From positions 1 through 32,457 of the forward strand of contig JAPLLL010000007.1 in NCBI GenBank assembly GCA_026387595.1: a DNA stretch of 32,457 bases, in the 5' to 3' direction. Made by a program: the position numbers and the translations under genes. Below the pieces are notes generated by a model. It saw nothing but the letters and a program-made list of their open reading frames with translations, searched no databases and was not told the DNA's origin. Source of the stretch: Candidatus Omnitrophota bacterium. Lineage in GTDB: Bacteria; Omnitrophota; Gorgyraeia; JABMQH01. Below, one piece after another: positions 25,134 through 32,457 of this stretch; within the stretch, counting starts at the first letter, position 1; every line of letters begins with the position of its first letter.

Positions 25134-26275
25134 AAAATATTCCATACGCGAGACAGTGCATATATCCTGAAGATATCAGGGCGGTCACAGATGCGCTGAA
25201 TTCAGATTATATCACTCAGGGGCCGAAGGTTGCCGAGTTTGAAGATAAGGTTGCTTCCTATTGCGGAGCAAGATACGCGGTTTCAGTCAACTCGGGCACT
25301 TCTGCGCTTCACGCCGCCTGTTTTGCGGCAGGCATAAGCAGCAAAGACGAGGTCATTACGCCGGCAATCAGTTTTGCCGCGTCGTCAAATTGCGTTCTAT
25401 ATTGCGGGGGGATACCTAAATTTGCGGATGTCCTCGAAGACACAATAACAATAGACCCCGCATCAGCAAAGAAACTGATAACAAAAAAGACGAAGGCGAT
25501 CATCCCAGTAGATTTTGCCGGGCACCCAGCTGAATTGGATGAGATAAAAAAAATAGCTGCCAGGAATGGTCTCATAGTTATCGAAGACGCGGCGCACGCT
25601 CTCGGCGCTGAATACAAGGGTTCAAAGGTGGGTTGCGGCAAATACTCTGATATGACGATATTAAGCTTCCATGCCGTTAAACATATTACTACGGGTGAAG
25701 GGGGCATGGTATTAACTAACAGAAAAGACATTTATGAAAAATTGGTCATGTTCAGGAACCATGGCATTACCCGGGATAAGGTGAAACTAATAAATAAAAA
25801 TAAGCCGGCATGGTTTTATGAAATGCAGTTTTTAGGCTTTAATTACCGCCTTACCGATATCCAGTGCGCCTTGGGGCTTAGCCAGATGGATAAACTAAAT
25901 AGTTTTATAAAAAGGCGCAAAGAGATAGTTAAATTTTATAAACAGGAATTTGATAGCATGGAGAAGGTAATGTGCCTGAATGAAAGAGGATATGCGGCAT
26001 CAAGCTGGCATATCTTTCCGATACAAATAATGATAGCCAAACGCAGAGACGAAATTTTTAACGCACTTCGGTCAAAAGGCATAGGCGTAAACCTTCATTA
26101 TATACCCATATATCTGCAGCCTTATTACAAAAAATTGGGCTATAAAAACGGGTTATGTCCACGGGCAGAGAAATATTATGAGCGAACAATAACGTTGCCG
26201 CTCTATCCCCAACTGTCCAGGGGAGATCTAAAAAGAATAGTTAATGCTACGAAAAAAATAATAGATGCCCTATGA
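25130..26275 (+). CDS. pseC: UDP-4-amino-4,6-dideoxy-N-acetyl-beta-L-altrosamine transaminase
   Basis: IPYARQCI..EDI.AV...L.SD.ITQGP, VNSGTSALH, IEDAAHALGA and LSFHAVKHITTGEGG are PseC-type DegT-family signatures. Confidence 0.85.
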   Translation: MKNIPYARQCIYPEDIRAVTDALNSDYITQGPKVAEFEDKVASYCGARYAVSVNSGTSALHAACFAAGISSKDEVITPAISFAASSNCVLYCGGIPKFADVLEDTITIDPASAKKLITKKTKAIIPVDFAGHPAELDEIKKIAARNGLIVIEDAAHALGAEYKGSKVGCGKYSDMTILSFHAVKHITTGEGGMVLTNRKDIYEKLVMFRNHGITRDKVKLINKNKPAWFYEMQFLGFNYRLTDIQCALGLSQMDKLNSFIKRRKEIVKFYKQEFDSMEKVMCLNERGYAASSWHIFPIQIMIAKRRDEIFNALRSKGIGVNLHYIPIYLQPYYKKLGYKNGLCPRAEKYYERTITLPLYPQLSRGDLKRIVNATKKIIDAL

Positions 26276-28728
26276 AAAGTTTTTTAGTTAAAGATTTATT
26301 ATTGGAGTTAAGTTCAAAAAATTGCACAGAGTTACAAAAGAGCCCGGAATATCTTGAATGGGTCGGCCCCAATATAGCGGATATGGCCAACGAATTTGTT
26401 CTGAAGCACAAGCTGACGGACTCATATTTTATAAAGAGGATAAACTCCGCTTTTAAAACAAATCGTTTTGAAACGTTGTTAAAACGATGGCTTGTTACCT
26501 ATCTTTGGGATTTTTTAAGCATGTTAGATGATTTTGTGGTGTATGGCCTGGCATTAAATAGAGAATTAATTTTAGAAGATTTGCCCTTAAATAGATTTGG
26601 CGTTGAAAAGTATTGTTCGAAATTTGGCGTCAAGATAGATATAAAATGGACACAGCAGTCAAACGTCGCGCAAAGGGCCTTTAGCATCATTTTGAAATGC
26701 TTAAGCATGGTCTGGTTTAGTGTAAACAATGGGTTCAGGGCGCCGAGGAGTAGGAAGAAATATAAAGTCATGCGAGAAGCGGTATGGGGGCTATACGATG
26801 TAGGCGGCTATTTTTTCCATGATGATTTTTTCGTTGATGGCGCAAAGATTAAAAAGGAGGATCTTCTTTTATTTTCAAGGGGTATTCCCTGGGAACCAGG
26901 GCGTTTCAAAGGATACCAGGATGCGCAAAAATCACCGTATAAGCATTTTGACCCTTCTTCTTTATCAATAGGGATTAGTTCATTCTGTTTGAGGATAATA
27001 CCCAAGTATATAATCTCTGGCTCTATCGCTATATTTAAAGAGATACGTTCTAGCCACTTTTCATTGCATTGGAGCGTTTATTTGTGCTTTATTCATAATG
27101 CGCTTCCTTATGAAAAGATATTTTCTCATTTCGAGATAACATCCGAGCTGGGGCACAATTATTTTTCCGTAGGGCATATCCCGGAAGCGATAGTATGCGA
27201 AAACCATGGCACTAAATATTATCTCATGCATTGGTCTGATCACTCGATACCTATAAACAAATTTTTGATTTCGTTTCTTGGCTGCGATAAATTTCTGTCA
27301 TGGGGCAGGGCCCATACGAAGGATGCCGGGCTGGACAGCGCTTGTTTGCTGTCTACAGGGTACGTGTTTAAAAAATTTATTAAAGAAACCGCTTCTAAGC
27401 GGGATCAGATATTACGTGAAATGGGCATAACGGCGGAAAGGAAGATAATAACCTTTTTTGACGAAAGCTTTGGCGGCAGGTGCAAAATGACGGGCGAGAA
27501 CTATGTTATGTTTTGGGAAACCATTCTGAAGTTTACCGAAAATAATAAGGATAATGTCGTTTTTGTTAAAACGAAATGGCTGTCGAGAGCTGATCATTTA
27601 CCGAATGTCTTGAAGCAGAGATTCATTGATATAAAAAATAAACTGGCGGCTATGGCAGATGTCCATATCATTGATTCTTTCAGATGGTCTTTCATTGACT
27701 ATATTGGCATATCCGATGTAGTGATTACTCAAGGCATGACCAGCTCATCTACAATAGCGATAATTTGCGGGATCCCTGGGTTGTATCTGGACCAGGCGCA
27801 GTATGATCACCCTTTTTCAAAAGCTTTAAAGGGCAAGGTTGTCTTTGATGAGCCGCGAGAATTATTATCCATGATAGAAAAGATATTAGCGGGGTTAGCC
27901 AACCCTTTTAATTATATCCCGGAGGTTATGTTAAGGACCTTTGATGAATATCCGGATGACCGGGGTATCGACCTATTCCGTGACGTTTTGGTGGGCATGC
28001 CCCAAAAACGTGTCGGGATTATCGTCCAGGCGAGAATGGGGTCTACGCGGCTACCGGGGAAGGCGTTGAAAACCATATCCGGGAAGCCCATGCTGGAGAT
28101 TTTAGTAAACAGGCTAAAGCGGTGCAAGAACACGAATCTGTTGATCGTTGCCACTACAGTAAATAAAAACGATGATGCTATTGAATTATTAGCCAACGAT
28201 TTGGGGGTGGAGTGCTTTAGGGGGGATGAGGAGGATGTACTAAGCAGGTACCACGGCGCCGCAAAAAGATATGGCCTGGATGTTATTGTAAGGGTTACTT
28301 CCGATTGCCCCTTAATGGATCCGTCGCTTGTGGATGCGTTGGTTATGTATTATACCGATAATATACCGGTTGATTATGTTTCGAATACGCTCGAGAGGAC
28401 ATATCCCCGCGGGTTTGATATTGAGGTCTTTAGTTCCAAGGCCCTGGAGGATGCTGACAGGAAAGCCTCTAAACGTTACCAGAGGGAGCACGTTACGCCT
28501 TTTATTTACGAGAATATGAAATGTTTGAACTATGCCTCCGAAAAGAATGCTGCAAAATACAGGGTTACCGTGGATACGATCGAGGACCTTAAGTTGGTCG
28601 CCTCTGTATTTGACCTATTAAAAGGATGTGAAGGCTTCGGGTACCGGCAGGTTATAGATTTGCTTGATTCAAAGCCTGAACTGGCAGAGATGAACAAGCA
28701 TGTGGAACAGAAAAAAGTCGCAATATGA
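26272..28728 (+). CDS. pseF: Fusion protein: a roughly 575-aa uncharacterised N-terminal region (GT-B-like C-half) joined to a C-terminal pseudaminic acid cytidylyltransferase (PseF/SpsF-like) domain
   Basis: From about nt 28003 the C-terminal domain reads VGIIVQARMGSTRLPGKALK..., FRGDEEDVLSRY, VRVTSDCPLMDP, DYVSN and REHVTPFIY. The N-terminal region has no motif I can name, except a GT-B-like stretch (KIITFFDESF...VVFVKTKW...SDVVITQGMTSSSTIAIICGIPGLYLD). Confidence 0.75.
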   Translation: MKSFLVKDLLLELSSKNCTELQKSPEYLEWVGPNIADMANEFVLKHKLTDSYFIKRINSAFKTNRFETLLKRWLVTYLWDFLSMLDDFVVYGLALNRELILEDLPLNRFGVEKYCSKFGVKIDIKWTQQSNVAQRAFSIILKCLSMVWFSVNNGFRAPRSRKKYKVMREAVWGLYDVGGYFFHDDFFVDGAKIKKEDLLLFSRGIPWEPGRFKGYQDAQKSPYKHFDPSSLSIGISSFCLRIIPKYIISGSIAIFKEIRSSHFSLHWSVYLCFIHNALPYEKIFSHFEITSELGHNYFSVGHIPEAIVCENHGTKYYLMHWSDHSIPINKFLISFLGCDKFLSWGRAHTKDAGLDSACLLSTGYVFKKFIKETASKRDQILREMGITAERKIITFFDESFGGRCKMTGENYVMFWETILKFTENNKDNVVFVKTKWLSRADHLPNVLKQRFIDIKNKLAAMADVHIIDSFRWSFIDYIGISDVVITQGMTSSSTIAIICGIPGLYLDQAQYDHPFSKALKGKVVFDEPRELLSMIEKILAGLANPFNYIPEVMLRTFDEYPDDRGIDLFRDVLVGMPQKRVGIIVQARMGSTRLPGKALKTISGKPMLEILVNRLKRCKNTNLLIVATTVNKNDDAIELLANDLGVECFRGDEEDVLSRYHGAAKRYGLDVIVRVTSDCPLMDPSLVDALVMYYTDNIPVDYVSNTLERTYPRGFDIEVFSSKALEDADRKASKRYQREHVTPFIYENMKCLNYASEKNAAKYRVTVDTIEDLKLVASVFDLLKGCEGFGYRQVIDLLDSKPELAEMNKHVEQKKVAI

Positions 28729-29675
28729 ACGTCTTGATACTTACCGAAGGAGGGAAAGATATAGGGTTTGGCCATATAACGAGGTGCACGGGCCTTTATC
28801 AAGGGATTAAAAAAATCATCCCGCGCGCGACGATTGAATTTATAATTTATGGCGATAAGGAAGCAACAAGGTTTTTAGAAATGCACGAGAAATATGCCAA
28901 AAACATCAATTGGCATGAAAAAAAAAAAAAAATGTTTGAGGCGACAGCGAATTCCGATGTTGTGATTATCGATTCCTATTTGGCAAAGAAGTCTGTTTAT
29001 GACAAGATTTCCAAGATAACCAAAGGTCGCCTGTTAATGATAGATGATTACAAAAGACTGGATTACCCGAGGGGAATAGTTGTTAACCCTTCTATTTGCG
29101 GCGGCAGGTTTAATTATTCAAAAAAAACAGGTACAACGTACTTGCATGGCAGGGATTATATAATATTGCGAAAGGAGTTCTGGCGGGTTCCGAAAAAAGA
29201 TATAAACGAGAAAGTTAAGAGTGTGCTTGTAACACTTGGTGGTATGAAGCGGGCCCAAATAGCCGAACGCATAATTGAAAACCTCAAAAAGAAAATGGAT
29301 CTTAAATTTTTGATTGTTGAGCCCTATAATTATCGTTTAAGCGCGGGGCAAATGGTTGGTTTGATGTCAAGAGCGGATATCTGTATTTCCGGAGGCGGGC
29401 AGACGACTTATGAGCTGGCAAGGTGCGGCGTGCCAGCGGTTGGAATTTGTTTTGCGGATAACCAAACATTAAATCTTCAGGAAGGTAAAAAGGCGGCTTT
29501 TCTGGAACCTGTCGGCCGGTATGACAAAAAAGGACTATTTCAAAATGTAAAAAAAGTGCTGGAAGGATTAGATTTTAGAAAACGAATTATGATGAGTCAG
29601 GCCGGGCAGAACGTTGTCGACGGACAGGGAGCCATAAGGGTAATAAAGGAATTAGTGCGGCAAATGGGGTCTTAA
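28725..29675 (+). CDS. pseG: UDP-2,4-diacetamido-2,4,6-trideoxy-beta-L-altropyranose hydrolase (PseG-like, GT28 C-terminal fold)
   Basis: EGGKDIGFGHITRCTGL is the PseG N-terminal signature, and ADICISGGGQTTYELARCGVPAV is a MurG/PseG-type C-terminal motif. It overlaps the upstream gene by ATGA. Confidence 0.75.
   Translation: MNVLILTEGGKDIGFGHITRCTGLYQGIKKIIPRATIEFIIYGDKEATRFLEMHEKYAKNINWHEKKKKMFEATANSDVVIIDSYLAKKSVYDKISKITKGRLLMIDDYKRLDYPRGIVVNPSICGGRFNYSKKTGTTYLHGRDYIILRKEFWRVPKKDINEKVKSVLVTLGGMKRAQIAERIIENLKKKMDLKFLIVEPYNYRLSAGQMVGLMSRADICISGGGQTTYELARCGVPAVGICFADNQTLNLQEGKKAAFLEPVGRYDKKGLFQNVKKVLEGLDFRKRIMMSQAGQNVVDGQGAIRVIKELVRQMGS
28918..28932 (+). repeat. 15-nt poly(A) homopolymer inside the pseG coding sequence (encodes E-K-K-K-K-M)
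   Basis: The sequence CATG AAAAAAAAAAAAAAA TG was counted directly at 28918-28932. Confidence 0.95.
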
Positions 29676-29714
29676 TAGGGAGCAGGATACATTCCGGCTT
29701 GTCAGAAAGATAAA

Positions 29715-30506
29715 ATGAGCAATTCATGGATGGCGCGAAACAAAGAGTTTTGGAAAAACCAGGCGAAGGAGCACAAGGCCGATATAGAGGCAGTAAATTT
29801 TGATCCCCTTCAAGAAGAGCTTGAGCTTCATTTTCTACGGCAGTTTATCGGAGAAAACGAAGCCGTTCTTGACGTAGGATGCGGTAATGGGAGAACATTA
29901 ATGGATTTCGCAGTGGCTAAAAAAAATTCTATGTTCTATGGGATAGATTATACAGATGAGATGATAGCAATTGCAAATGAACGTAAAATTTCACAAAAAA
30001 TAGATAACGTCAATTTCCAAACAGGGGATGCTTCCTCGGATAACCTAGGCAATATGTTTAAGATTGAATTTGACAAGATTATCTCGAAGCGGCTTTTAAT
30101 AAATTTAAAAGGGGAAAATAAGTATAAGGCTGTTAAGAATATCCATTCTATGCTTAAGAAAAAGGGCACGTATATAATGGTAGAGTGTTTTGTGGAGCCA
30201 TTAGCGAGCATAAATACCATTCGTAAAACCTTAGGCCTTGAGGAAATAAAGGTAAAGCATTTTAATGAATATCTTAATTACGGTTTTCTGGATGAGATAA
30301 AAGGATTGTTTAAGATAGCGAAGCAGATTGATTTTGAAAGCTTGTATTATTTTACTTCAAGGATATATAATGCCTGCCTATCAAAGGGAGAAAAACTAGA
30401 TTATCATGCCCCTGTAAATGAGATGGCTGTTCAGCTTATCAAAAGCGGGGTTAACGGTATGCCGGGTTATTCTCCAGAGATAATTTTTCTTTTAGAAAAG
30501 GTTTAA
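29715..30506 (+). CDS. Class I SAM-dependent methyltransferase
   Basis: VLDVGCGNGRTLMDFA is motif I, followed by FYGIDYTDEMI and KKKGTYIMVE. Confidence 0.7.
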   Translation: MSNSWMARNKEFWKNQAKEHKADIEAVNFDPLQEELELHFLRQFIGENEAVLDVGCGNGRTLMDFAVAKKNSMFYGIDYTDEMIAIANERKISQKIDNVNFQTGDASSDNLGNMFKIEFDKIISKRLLINLKGENKYKAVKNIHSMLKKKGTYIMVECFVEPLASINTIRKTLGLEEIKVKHFNEYLNYGFLDEIKGLFKIAKQIDFESLYYFTSRIYNACLSKGEKLDYHAPVNEMAVQLIKSGVNGMPGYSPEIIFLLEKV

Positions 30507-30536
30507 GGGTTAAAATTTATTTTTAAAACTGTAAAA

Positions 30537-31595
30537 ATGGAAAAAGAGAAAATAAAGATAGGGAAAAGGCTGATAGGCGAAAAGGAACCGGCATTTATCG
30601 TAGCCGAGTTATCGGCGAATCATGCCCAGAATTTTAATTTGGCCGTCAAGACGATCAGGATGGCTAAAGAAATGGGCGCGGATGCCATAAAGCTTCAGAC
30701 ATACACCCCTGACACCATGACTATAGACGCTGCCAATAAATACTTTGTGATAAGGCATCCCAAATGGGGAGGCCAGACGTTATATAAGCTGTATAAGAAG
30801 GCATACACCCCCTGGGCCTGGTTTAAAAGGTTAAAAAAGGTGGCGGATGATGAGGGGATCGTATTTTTTTCAACCGCTTTTGACCGATCTGCTGTAGATC
30901 TTTTGGAAGGACTAAATGTTCCCATACACAAAGTGGCGTCTTTTGAATTGACCGACCTGCCGTTGATAGAATATATGGCGAAGACCGGGAAACCGCTTAT
31001 ACTATCCACTGGCATGGCAACTATCAAGGAGATCAATGACGCGGTCAAAACCGCAAAAAACGCGGGGGCGGGAGAAATAGCGCTGCTTAAATGCGTGAGC
31101 AGTTATCCGGCAAAACCCAAAGATATGCATCTGCGAACAATACTTGATATGACAAAACGGTTTGGCTGCGTCGTCGGGCTCTCCGATCATACGTTAGGGG
31201 TAGGTGTTTCAATCGCGGCAGTTTCAATCGGTGCCAGGATAATAGAAAAACATTTTACATTATCGAGACGTATTAAAAGTCCGGATAGTTTTTTTTCGAT
31301 AGAGCCACAGGAGTTACGAATTTTGGTTGATTCTATAAGGGTCGCCGAAGAATCGTTAGGACGTGTATCTTATGAGCCAAGGGGCGAGGAAAAGAATAAC
31401 AGGATTTTCAGGCGCTCGTTATTTGCGGTAAAGGATATCAAGAAAGACGAGGTCCTGACAAATGATAATATACGTTCGATAAGGCCTGGCTTCGGGCTGT
31501 ATCCTAAATATTTAAAAGATGCCCTGGGAAAAATTGCAAAAAGGAATATAAAAAAAGGAACGCCCCTGAATTGGGGTCTGATGAGAATAAAATGA
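30537..31595 (+). CDS. pseI: Pseudaminic acid synthase
   Basis: PAFIVAELSANHAQN, IKLQTYTPDTMT, KVASFEL, LSTGMAT, LLKCVSSYPA, GLSDHTLG, IEKHFT and a C-terminal SAF domain match a PseI-type NeuB-family member. Confidence 0.85.
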   Translation: MEKEKIKIGKRLIGEKEPAFIVAELSANHAQNFNLAVKTIRMAKEMGADAIKLQTYTPDTMTIDAANKYFVIRHPKWGGQTLYKLYKKAYTPWAWFKRLKKVADDEGIVFFSTAFDRSAVDLLEGLNVPIHKVASFELTDLPLIEYMAKTGKPLILSTGMATIKEINDAVKTAKNAGAGEIALLKCVSSYPAKPKDMHLRTILDMTKRFGCVVGLSDHTLGVGVSIAAVSIGARIIEKHFTLSRRIKSPDSFFSIEPQELRILVDSIRVAEESLGRVSYEPRGEEKNNRIFRRSLFAVKDIKKDEVLTNDNIRSIRPGFGLYPKYLKDALGKIAKRNIKKGTPLNWGLMRIK

Positions 31596-32457
31596 GATCT
31601 AAAGACGCAAAAACCATTTTTTTCTTTATAAAAAAGTATAAGAAATATATTACCTGGATTACAACCTTTTCCATATTGTACGCCATTTTTGAAGGATTAA
31701 GCATAGCAGCACTATTTCCTATTATAAATTCAGTTGTAAATATGAATTCCGTGGTTGCCAGCGGAGGCGGTGTTATTAAGCTGTTGAATATTTTCATAAG
31801 AATCATCCCCGTTAAGGATGTTTTTATCGCCGCATGTATTTTTGTAATTTTAACTGTTATTCTAAAAAATATATTTCGATATTTATATCTGGGGCTTACC
31901 TCCTATGGGAGTTATCGGGTTTGGGAGGACCTGCAGGAAGAGCTATTCATCAAATATATAAACGCTGATTATAGATATATGCTTGACCATAAACAAGGCG
32001 AAATTGTTTATAAGCTTAATGGCCCCCCTTCAGAAACGGGCAGTGCGTTACAGCTTATACCGCAGTCGCTCACGGAGATCTTGAAGGTCACGCTTATTCT
32101 CGGGGTATTATTTTCAATGTCCTTTCTTGTTACATGTGGTGTAATTGTTATAGGTGGCATATTTTATTTTGCAACACGGAGCGCCTCCAGGAAAACATCC
32201 TATTTTTTGGGTAAAGGGCGCGTCGAAGCGTGCGAGGAACAGAGCGTCCTGATAAATGAGATGATAAGCGGCATAAAACAGATCAAGGTATTTTTAAGCG
32301 AAAAAAGATGGATATCTAAATTTTATAACGCAACGGGCAGATATTTTAGCATGGCAAAAAAGGATGCCTTATTGAGCAATATGCCCGCAAGCGCGCTGGA
32401 GATATTTGCATTGGTTACGTTAAGCATAGTTTTAATATGCATAAGGAAATTCTCGCC
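31592..32457 (+). CDS. ABC transporter, transmembrane (type 1 exporter, MsbA-like) domain; 3' end lies outside the window
   Basis: This ORF is not in the supplied track and is open to the window edge. The translation MRSKDAKTIFFFIKKYKKYITWITTFSILYAIFEGLSIAALFPIIN... has multiple hydrophobic helices in the ABC_membrane layout (...EMISGIKQIKVF...). It overlaps pseI by ATGA. Confidence 0.7.
   Translation, partial: MRSKDAKTIFFFIKKYKKYITWITTFSILYAIFEGLSIAALFPIINSVVNMNSVVASGGGVIKLLNIFIRIIPVKDVFIAACIFVILTVILKNIFRYLYLGLTSYGSYRVWEDLQEELFIKYINADYRYMLDHKQGEIVYKLNGPPSETGSALQLIPQSLTEILKVTLILGVLFSMSFLVTCGVIVIGGIFYFATRSASRKTSYFLGKGRVEACEEQSVLINEMISGIKQIKVFLSEKRWISKFYNATGRYFSMAKKDALLSNMPASALEIFALVTLSIVLICIRKFS

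Noticed and set aside
3303-28519. Plus-strand alternative-frame ORFs (3303-3563, 3881-4075, 7380-7571, 12561-12878 and 28328-28519)
   Set aside because: They are nested in other frames of confidently assigned genes (degT, rmlB, uxs, wza-like and the pseF fusion). Their products are Arg/Lys-rich with no domain signatures.
99-31806. All minus-strand ORFs in the supplied track (for example 99-632, 344-853, 4789-5325, 11604-12254, 25309-25731, 30695-31048 and 31504-31806)
   Set aside because: Every one lies entirely inside a well-supported plus-strand gene. Their translations are low-complexity, Ser/Phe/Leu/Arg-rich and have no recognisable motifs. This is typical of antisense shadow ORFs.
1-32457. 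CRISPR arrays, tRNA/rRNA genes, transposases, integrases and toxin-antitoxin or other defence modules
   Set aside because: I saw no spaced direct repeats, no cloverleaf-like or rRNA-like segments in the few intergenic gaps, and no ORF with transposase, integrase or defence motifs. The window is almost fully occupied by glycan genes.

Overview
The window is one co-directional (+ strand) array of about 31 genes for surface-polysaccharide biosynthesis and export, from a moderately AT-rich, probably uncultivated diderm bacterium. All product calls come from motif recognition by eye; no database search was possible.

Gene order:
- A nucleotide-sugar block: ugd (5' partial), rmlC-like cupin, rmlA-like, DegT aminotransferase, rmlB, a UDP-HexNAc dehydrogenase, an SDR epimerase and uxs.
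- Export genes: a Wzi/SLH-like outer-membrane barrel, a giant Wza/SLBB export protein and a short Wzz-like protein.
- A MarR-type EPS regulator with its own consensus promoter.
- A tailoring block: a B12/radical-SAM gene (frame-broken), a HisC-like aminotransferase, SAM methyltransferases and an N-acetyl-sugar amidotransferase.
- Two nonulosonic-acid gene sets: neuB/neuC/neuA-like, and pseB (broken)/pseC/pseF-fusion/pseG/pseI.
- The 5' part of an ABC exporter.

Eleven gene junctions are 4-bp ATGA start/stop overlaps.

The most unusual signal is two diverged small GIY-YIG nuclease ORF cassettes (1461-1763 and 5845-6146).
- Each is bounded by a perfect 14-bp inverted repeat, and three compensatory substitutions separate the two copies.
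- Each sits exactly in an ATGA overlap of two sugar genes. Removing the cassette plus one TGA(A) copy restores a canonical ATG-start downstream gene.
- The cassette appears to use the host ATG as its start and a duplicated TGA as its stop, and it hands the downstream gene a new SD plus GTG start.

Other points:
- Four short internal deletions or frame breaks hit conserved enzyme cores (rmlB, uxs, the rSAM gene, pseB).
- PseF is fused to a roughly 575-aa unknown domain.
- The Wza-like protein has a triple Cys-motif repeat at its N-terminus.
- pseG contains a 15-nt poly(A) tract.

I saw no tRNA, rRNA or CRISPR array. All minus-strand ORFs look like shadow ORFs.
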